The notes under the pieces were generated by a model. It had not been told where the DNA came from, did no database searches, and worked only from the letters and a program-made list of their open reading frames with translations. This document shows positions 57,945-64,000 of a stretch of 64,000 bases of DNA, piece by piece (the first letter of the stretch is position 1; each line of letters begins with the position of its first letter). The position numbers and the translations under genes are program-made. The DNA comes from Longimicrobiales bacterium (GTDB lineage Bacteria; Gemmatimonadota; Gemmatimonadetes; Longimicrobiales; Gaopeijiaceae): assembly GCA_965203485.1 (NCBI GenBank), contig OZ241892.1, positions 1,984,001 through 2,048,000 of the forward strand, given 5' to 3'.

Positions 57945-59156
57945 CTATTGGGAGGGGCGGTGCCCGGCTCCAAGTCGCCTTGAAACGTTCCGAGACCCGG
58001 CGAAGGCTTCCAACAGTCCGCGCCCCGGCGCCAAGTTCAGCAGGAATTCCTCGGCGGGCACGCACCAGATGCCGTTGATGCGGAGACGTTCGCGGCCGCG
58101 GTGGAGGAGCACGGCGTTCGCCTCGGGGTAGTCGTCCGTGAACGCCCGCAACGGACGCAAGTGCCGGGGGTCGACCTTCGACCGGTTCTTGACCTCGATG
58201 GCATGGATGCCGTCGTCGTCGTAGACCACGAAGTCGACTTCGGCGCCCGCCTGGGTCCGCCAGTAGTGCAGGCTCGCGCCACGGTCCGAGTACGCGGCCC
58301 AAGCCCGCAGGTGCTGGGCCACCAATCCCTCGAGCGCTTGGCCGTCGATCTCCCCGGGGCGGTCCAATGGTCCCTTGGGACGCAACGACCGAAAGACTCC
58401 GGCGTCGAACAAGTAGAGCTTTCGGCGGGCTGCCGTGGCGCGCTTGGCGCGCTTTCGGAAGACCGGCAGCTGAAAGGCCAGCAGCAGGTCCTCCAATATC
58501 TCGATCCAGCGGGCGGCCGCCTTGCGCTCGACTTCGCACTCTCGGGCCATCGCCGACACGTTCAGCACGGCCCCGTGCGAGAAGCTCGCCGCTTCCAGGA
58601 ATCGCGCGAAAGCGCCCACGTTGCGGGTCATCCCCTCGGCGCGGACTTCCTGTTCCAGGTACAAGCTGGCGTAGGCGCCCAACGTCGCCGCCGGGTCGGG
58701 GGCCGCCACCGCCAGCGGCAACAGCCCGATCCGCAACGCGGCCTCCAGCGAGAAGCCGGGAAGCTCGGAGGCCATGAACGGGTGCAGGGTGCGCAACAGG
58801 GCCCGCCCTCCCAGCAGGTCCGGCCCTCCCCGCCGCAACTTGCGCGCACTGGAGCCCGTGAGCACGAACCGGAACGGAGAGGGTTCCTCCAGCAACGCGT
58901 GGACCACGGTCAGGAGCTCCGGTATTCTCTGGACCTCGTCGATCACGACGGTGTCGGCGGCCGACGACCCGGCCAACAGATCGCGCAGGCGCTCGGGACG
59001 AGCGGCCAACCTACGGTGCAGGGCCGGCTCCAAGAGGTCGAGATGAAGGGCGCGCGGGAGTTCGTGCCTCAGCCAAGTGGACTTGCCGGTGCCGCGCGGT
59101 CCGAAGAGGAAGCAACTCTGCGTCGGAATGCGGAAGAATCGTCTCGTGATGTCCAT
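57945..59156 (-). CDS. AAA_14 ATPase + DUF4143 protein
   Basis: GPRGTGKST, IDEVQR, LTGSSARKL, LGGRA, KLYLFDAG, EVDFV..IEVK. Confidence 0.9.
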   Translation of the reverse strand: MDITRRFFRIPTQSCFLFGPRGTGKSTWLRHELPRALHLDLLEPALHRRLAARPERLRDLLAGSSAADTVVIDEVQRIPELLTVVHALLEEPSPFRFVLTGSSARKLRRGGPDLLGGRALLRTLHPFMASELPGFSLEAALRIGLLPLAVAAPDPAATLGAYASLYLEQEVRAEGMTRNVGAFARFLEAASFSHGAVLNVSAMARECEVERKAAARWIEILEDLLLAFQLPVFRKRAKRATAARRKLYLFDAGVFRSLRPKGPLDRPGEIDGQALEGLVAQHLRAWAAYSDRGASLHYWRTQAGAEVDFVVYDDDGIHAIEVKNRSKVDPRHLRPLRAFTDDYPEANAVLLHRGRERLRINGIWCVPAEEFLLNLAPGRGLLEAFAGSRNVSRRLGAGHRPSQ

Positions 59157-59177
59157 TTTCAGTCCAAAAATGGACAT
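59149..59177. promoter_or_regulatory. 11-bp perfect inverted repeat overlapping the ATPase start codon (putative operator)
   Basis: ATGTCCATTTT-cagtcca-AAAATGGACAT. Confidence 0.6.
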
Positions 59178-59333
59178 TCCGAGGGCAGATGTCAACGGCG
59201 CGCCGACGACGAATGACGCGCGCGGAGGCGACGGCGGCTTGGCGAATCGCAGGCGCGTTCCATAAGATGCTTGGCGACCACGGCCGATCTGCGACCGTCC
59301 GTCCACGCGAAACGCCGCGATCGATCGAGCGCC

Positions 59334-60520
59334 ATGGCCGAACCGCCAGCAACGCCTGACGCCCCTGCCCCAGCCCAGGACTCCGGCCCGTCATCGATTC
59401 CATCCTGAGCCAGACCCGCCGCCCCACCACGTCCGCGGCCGAAGAGATTCTCGGGGGCTACTTTCCGGCGCTCGACCACGGCTTCGTGGCGCTGGTCGAC
59501 TACATGGGGAGCGACGATGCCGTCGAGCGGGCCGCGCGCGTGAGCTACGGCTACGGCACTCGCAGGGTCTCGCAGACGCGCGGGCTCGTGCGCTACCTCC
59601 GGCGCCATCTTCACACGACCCCGTCCGAGATGGTCGAGTTCAAGTTTCACTGCGCCATGCCGATCTTCGTGGCGCGACAGTGGATTCGCCACCGCACGGC
59701 GTCGGTGAACGAGTACAGCGGACGCTATTCGTTGATGCCGTTGCTGTTCTACGACCCCGAACAGGCGCACTTCGGGTTTCAGAGCGCTATCAGCAAGCAG
59801 GGCCGGCAACTGGCGATTCCAGGGTTGGACGAATCCCGTCTTGCCCGAGCGCGCGAGCTCCATCGAGAAGCCGCTGATCGCTGGAGAGCCAACCGGGAGA
59901 GGGCCGCGAGCGACTACCGCTGGCTGGTGGAAGAAGACGTGGCACGCGAGCTGGCCCGGATCGATCTTCCCTTGTCCACCTACACGCAGTGGTACTGGAA
60001 GATCGACCTTCACAACCTGTTGCACTTCCTTGCCCTCCGCGTGGACCCGCACGCCCAGTGGGAGATACGGGAGTACGGCCGGATCATGGCCGGCATGGTC
60101 AAGCGCGTCGCGCCGATCAGCTACGAAGCGTGGATCGACTATCAGGTGGCGGGCGAGCGCCTGTCGCGCGGCGAGATCGAGGCGTTGTCGAAGCTCGTGT
60201 CGGTGGAGAGCGCGGGCGTCGCGGCGCAAGTCGATCGGGAGGGCGGGGGCGGCGGCGAACCAAGCCCGCGCGACGAAGGGGCGGCTCGTGTGTCCAACGA
60301 CGACTTGACCAAGCTGGGCCTGTCGCCGCGCGAGATCCGCGAGTTCAAGGACAAGCTGATGCCGCGCGCCGTCCCCGACTTCGAGCTGGACTTGAGCGCC
60401 ATGCGCAACGCGCGCGAGATCGAAGCCGCGATGCTCGCCGCCGTCCCCGAGCGGCGAGACGCGGACGAGCGCTTCCGAGCCGGCGAAGCTACCCGGCCAC
60501 CACCACCGTCTTCACGTTGA
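59334..60520 (+). CDS. thyX: FAD-dependent thymidylate synthase with an apparent frameshift near 59388
   Basis: LDHGFVALVDYMG, AARVSY, HTTPSEM, PIFVARQWIRHRTASVNEYSGRYS, RELARIDLP, HAQWEIR. ATG 59334 is out of frame with the body. Confidence 0.9.
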
Positions 60521-61859
60521 CGAATTCGCGGATGCCGAACTCCGAGAGCTCGCGTCCGATTCCGCTGGCCTTGACGCCGCCGAAGGGCAAGCGCGGGTCC
60601 GACTTGACGAAGTCGTTGACGAAGCAGGAGCCCGCCTCGATGGCGTTGCGGGCGATCCTCTCGCCGCGCGCCAAGTCGGCGGTGAAGACGGCGGCGCCCA
60701 GACCGTAAGCGGTGTCGTTGGCGATGCGCACGGCGTCCGCCTCGGTGCCAGCGCGGACGATGCTGGCCACCGGGCCGAAGAGCTCCTCGTCGTAGGCGGG
60801 CATTCCGGGCGCCACGTCGGCGAGCACCGTTGCCGGATAGTACCAGCCGGGCACGTCGGGGACCTCGCCGCCCAGCAGAAGCCGCGCCCCGGCTTGCACG
60901 CTGCGCTCGACCTGCGAGGCCAAGTGGTCGCGCAGGTCCTTGCGAGCCATCGGTCCCACGTCGGTCGCGTCGGCCATGGGCTCGCCCACGCGGACGCGCT
61001 TCATCCGCTCGACCACGGCCTCTGCGAACTCGCCGGCCACCGCCTCGTGCACCACGAAGCGCTTGGCCGCGACGCAGCTCTGGCCGCCGTTGACGAGGCG
61101 TCCGGCCACGCACGCGTCCGCCGCGCGCGCCAAGTCGGCGTCCTCCAAGACGACGTAGGGATCGCTTCCCCCCAGCTCGAGCACGCAGGTCTTCACCTCG
61201 GAGCCGGCGATCTCGGCCACCGAGCGGCCCGCGCGCGTGCTGCCCGTGAGCGTCACCCCCTGCACGCGCCGGTCGCCGACGAGAGCGCCCACGGCCGGCA
61301 CGTCGACGAAGAGGTTGGCGAAGAGGCCGGCCGGGATCCCGGCCGCTCGAAACGTCTCCTCGATCTGCAACGCGCAGCAAGGCACGTTCGGCGCGTGCTT
61401 GAGCAGCATCCCGTTGCCCGCCACGAGCGCGGGCGCCGCCGCGCGCACGACCTGCCAGAACGGGAAATTCCACGGCATGATCGCCAGCACCAAGCCCAGC
61501 GGCTCGAACGCGACGTAGCTCCGAAGCGCTCCCGTCTCGACCGCCCGGTCGCGGAGGAAGGCTGCTCCGTGCTCGCCGTAGTACTCGAGCGCGAGCGCGC
61601 ACTTGCGCACCTCGGCGACCGCCTCGCCGATCGGCTTGCCCATCTCCTGCGTCGCGATCTCGGCAAGCTTGCCCTCCCTCTCGCGCATCGCGCCCGCAAC
61701 GCTCCCCACGATCCGCGCCCGTTCCTCGAGCGGCGTCCGTCTCCACTCGCACTGCGCGGAAGCGGCCGCCGCGACCACGGCCTCGACCTGCTCCGAAGAG
61801 AAGAACGGGTATTCGCGCAGAGGCTCGCCGCTCGCAGGGTTGACTGTCGCGAATCGCAT
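60489..61859 (-). CDS. NAD(P)-dependent succinate-semialdehyde dehydrogenase family protein
   Basis: IMPWNFPFWQ, LKHA, LTGS, LELGGSD, NGGQSC, EELFGP, PFGGVKASG. Confidence 0.92.
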   Translation of the reverse strand: MRFATVNPASGEPLREYPFFSSEQVEAVVAAAASAQCEWRRTPLEERARIVGSVAGAMREREGKLAEIATQEMGKPIGEAVAEVRKCALALEYYGEHGAAFLRDRAVETGALRSYVAFEPLGLVLAIMPWNFPFWQVVRAAAPALVAGNGMLLKHAPNVPCCALQIEETFRAAGIPAGLFANLFVDVPAVGALVGDRRVQGVTLTGSTRAGRSVAEIAGSEVKTCVLELGGSDPYVVLEDADLARAADACVAGRLVNGGQSCVAAKRFVVHEAVAGEFAEAVVERMKRVRVGEPMADATDVGPMARKDLRDHLASQVERSVQAGARLLLGGEVPDVPGWYYPATVLADVAPGMPAYDEELFGPVASIVRAGTEADAVRIANDTAYGLGAAVFTADLARGERIARNAIEAGSCFVNDFVKSDPRLPFGGVKASGIGRELSEFGIREFVNVKTVVVAG

Positions 61860-62181
61860 CGTCGGCAATCGGAGGCGGTTGAGGGTCTTCGCGCGCGGGC
61901 GGCACGGTTGCGCGGGCGCAGGCTTCGTGCCGGAGACCCCGGCGAGGAACTCGGAAATATGCCGCCGGCACGCGCCGCGCGGCAAAGCCCGAGCGCCGCC
62001 AATTCGCCGTCGCGGCCGCGGCGAGACAGCGGGCAAGCCGACGGCAAACCCCGCGCGCGCCGGGCGACACGTCCGCACCCACGGAGGAGCCCCGGCCGGG
62101 CCCTGCGCCGTCCGCCGCGTGGTGGGCGCCCGTGCCGGGCTCGCTTGCCCGTGCCGCTCTCGACCCGGCAACTTCCCCGGC

Positions 62182-63123
62182 ATGATCCTCCCTCAGTCGG
62201 CCCCGGCGGCGACCTCGCCTCCCACGGTTCCGCTCGCGGGCCTCGATCAGCTGTGGTTCCAGGTGGCCGGCACGGTCTGCAACTTGCGTTGCCGCCATTG
62301 CTTCATCTCGTGCTCGCCGGACAATCATTCCTTCTGGTTCATGTCGAGGCGGATGGTGCGCGACGCGCTGGAGGAGTCGGCCGGGATGGGCGTCCGGGAG
62401 TACTACTTCACAGGCGGCGAGCCCTTCATGAATCACGACATGGAGGGCATACTGGAGGACGCGATGCGGCTCGGGCCCGCCACGGTGCTGACGAACGCGA
62501 CGCTGTTGCCGCCCAGGCGCGTCCAAGCGCTCCGCCGCATCGCCGACCGTAGCGGCAACGCGCTCGAGCTCCGCGTGAGCGTGGACGGACCGACTGCCGA
62601 AGCGAACGACTCCATTCGGGGAGACGGCGCGTTCGACCGGGCCATGGAAGGCGTCGGACGCCTGGCGGCGGCGGGATTTCGGCCGATCGTCACCGCAATG
62701 CAGAACTGGCCCGACGACGAGGCCCCCTCGGTCCTGCGCGCGTTCCGGACCGCCTTGGCCGCGGCCGGATACTGCGATCCGCGCCTCAAGATCCTGCCGC
62801 CCCTGCTCATCGGCGGCGAGGCCGAGCGGACCCGCGGCTACGCCCCCGAAGAGACCGTCACGCACGAAATGCTCTGCGGCTTCGACCTGGGCCGGCTCCT
62901 CTGCACGCGAGCCCGGCTGGTCACGGCCGACGGCGTCTACGCCTGCCCGATCCTGCTCGACTTCCCCAGCGCGCGGCTGGGCGACTCCCTGGCCGAAGCG
63001 GTCGCCGCCGACGCCCCCCTAGGCGAGGCCGCCTGCTACACCTGCTACGTCAACGGCGCGATCTGCTCCAACGCGACGACGGGGACCGCATGCCGCGACG
63101 GGCGGAGCCCGCGAAACGGATAG
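62182..63123 (+). CDS. Radical SAM protein of unknown substrate
   Basis: CNLRCRHC (CxxxCxxC), FTGGEPF, LTNA, and C-terminal Cys residues (LLC, ACP, CYTC, IC). Confidence 0.88.
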   Translation: MILPQSAPAATSPPTVPLAGLDQLWFQVAGTVCNLRCRHCFISCSPDNHSFWFMSRRMVRDALEESAGMGVREYYFTGGEPFMNHDMEGILEDAMRLGPATVLTNATLLPPRRVQALRRIADRSGNALELRVSVDGPTAEANDSIRGDGAFDRAMEGVGRLAAAGFRPIVTAMQNWPDDEAPSVLRAFRTALAAAGYCDPRLKILPPLLIGGEAERTRGYAPEETVTHEMLCGFDLGRLLCTRARLVTADGVYACPILLDFPSARLGDSLAEAVAADAPLGEAACYTCYVNGAICSNATTGTACRDGRSPRNG

Positions 63124-63163
63124 GTGCGCCGGCGCGCGATCCTCCCGCGCCCGCGCGCGGCCC

Positions 63164-64000
63164 TCACCACCGCAGCGACAACTCCGCGAAGTCCTTCCAG
63201 GGCACCACCACCTCGCCGGCCTCGGTCGCGACCACTATGCCCCGGTTCCCGCCGTCCACGTCGTTGGAGCCCGACAGGTGGAACGCCCGTCCGTCGCGCA
63301 GCGTCACGGTTGCGCCGTCGCCGCTCCTCGCGATGGCGGCGATCTTCGAGAACTCGATCTCGAACTCGGTCCCGCCGACCCGGCCGTCCAACGTCTCCCA
63401 GCTCCGCGCCTCGTCGGCGTCCCACTTGATTCGGCCGGACAGAAGCTCGCCCGAAGTCGTGGCCACCGTGCCGAGTAGCGGGACGCCGCCGTCGAAGTCG
63501 TGAATCGTTTCCTCGGTCGCGGCCTCGTGGAAGACCAGGCCGGCAAAGTCCTTCCACGAAACGTTGACCGCGCCGAGCGCCGGGTCGGACACGGTGATGC
63601 CGTTGTTGCGCCGGTCGACGTCGTTGGTGCCCGAGAGCACGAGCTCTTCGCCCGAGTGGAGCACGACGCGGGCCGACCGGGAACCCTCGCGGCTGATCGA
63701 CGCCACGGCGCCGAACGGAATCTCGTGGCGCTCGCCTTGGAAGTCGCCGTCGAGCACGTCGGAGGACAAGATCTCGTCCAGGTCCCAAGCCACGAAGCCG
63801 GTGAACTCCATGCCGGAAGCGGTGGAAAGCGTGCCGTGCAGCCGGCCCGAAGCCGGCGCCGCGCCGGCCGGCGCGGGATCGAAGGTGACGTCCGCGACGT
63901 CGCTCCAATCGAACTCCGCCCGTCGCCCGTTCACGCCGGTGACGACGAGCTTGCGAAGACTCGGTCCCAGGTCGGTGCCGTTCGGGCCGAAGCGGACGGT
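63164..64000 (-). CDS. Hypothetical protein with internal repeats; 5' end lies outside the window
   Basis: Repeated modules G.L.T.SG..F.G...WD.DE....LDG and LSG.NDV...N.GI.V. Confidence 0.7.
   Translation of the reverse strand, partial: TVRFGPNGTDLGPSLRKLVVTGVNGRRAEFDWSDVADVTFDPAPAGAAPASGRLHGTLSTASGMEFTGFVAWDLDEILSSDVLDGDFQGERHEIPFGAVASISREGSRSARVVLHSGEELVLSGTNDVDRRNNGITVSDPALGAVNVSWKDFAGLVFHEAATEETIHDFDGGVPLLGTVATTSGELLSGRIKWDADEARSWETLDGRVGGTEFEIEFSKIAAIARSGDGATVTLRDGRAFHLSGSNDVDGGNRGIVVATEAGEVVVPWKDFAELSLRW

Noticed and set aside
59357..59409. TGA codons near the thyX start as possible selenocysteine
   Set aside because: There is no redox motif or convincing SECIS, and ThyX is not a known selenoprotein.
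61975..62075. GGCAAAGCC/GGCAAACC motifs resembling a c-di-GMP-I riboswitch
   Set aside because: The order and spacing do not fit, and the GNRA loop and receptor are missing.

Overview
A very GC-rich bacterial window; the gene content (SprA-like protein, choice-of-anchor B, DUF5916, UGSC and peroxiredoxin selenoproteins) suggests Gemmatimonadota, which is an inference. The left part (1-30.6 kb) holds envelope and housekeeping genes: pilC-pilT-comEA behind a 2050-aa SprA-like barrel, lptF/lptG, and a DapF with both catalytic Cys replaced by Ser. It also carries two UGA-readthrough selenoproteins with SECIS-like hairpins that the ORF track splits, a CcdA/TlpA redox pair, and a sigma54-type promoter with tandem activator sites. 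From about 30.6 to 59.2 kb lies a patchwork defence island. It contains DUF5131/TcmP, an HNH+Dam-type R-M pair, two AlbA/Schlafen-HATPase genes, and a Type IIG-like methyltransferase with an in-frame G20 tract. It also contains a Menshen-like locus collapsed by deletion, a PLD-SNF2 helicase, an RNA ligase, an XhoI-like R-M pair, TA and IS remnants, and a small secreted six-Cys peptide coupled to a beta-propeller lipoprotein. Several short, deletion-riddled copies of island segments record earlier cassette replacement. The right end has thyX (apparent 5' frameshift), an aldehyde dehydrogenase and a radical SAM gene. I found no rRNA, tRNA or CRISPR array. Family assignments come from motif recognition by eye, not from database searches.
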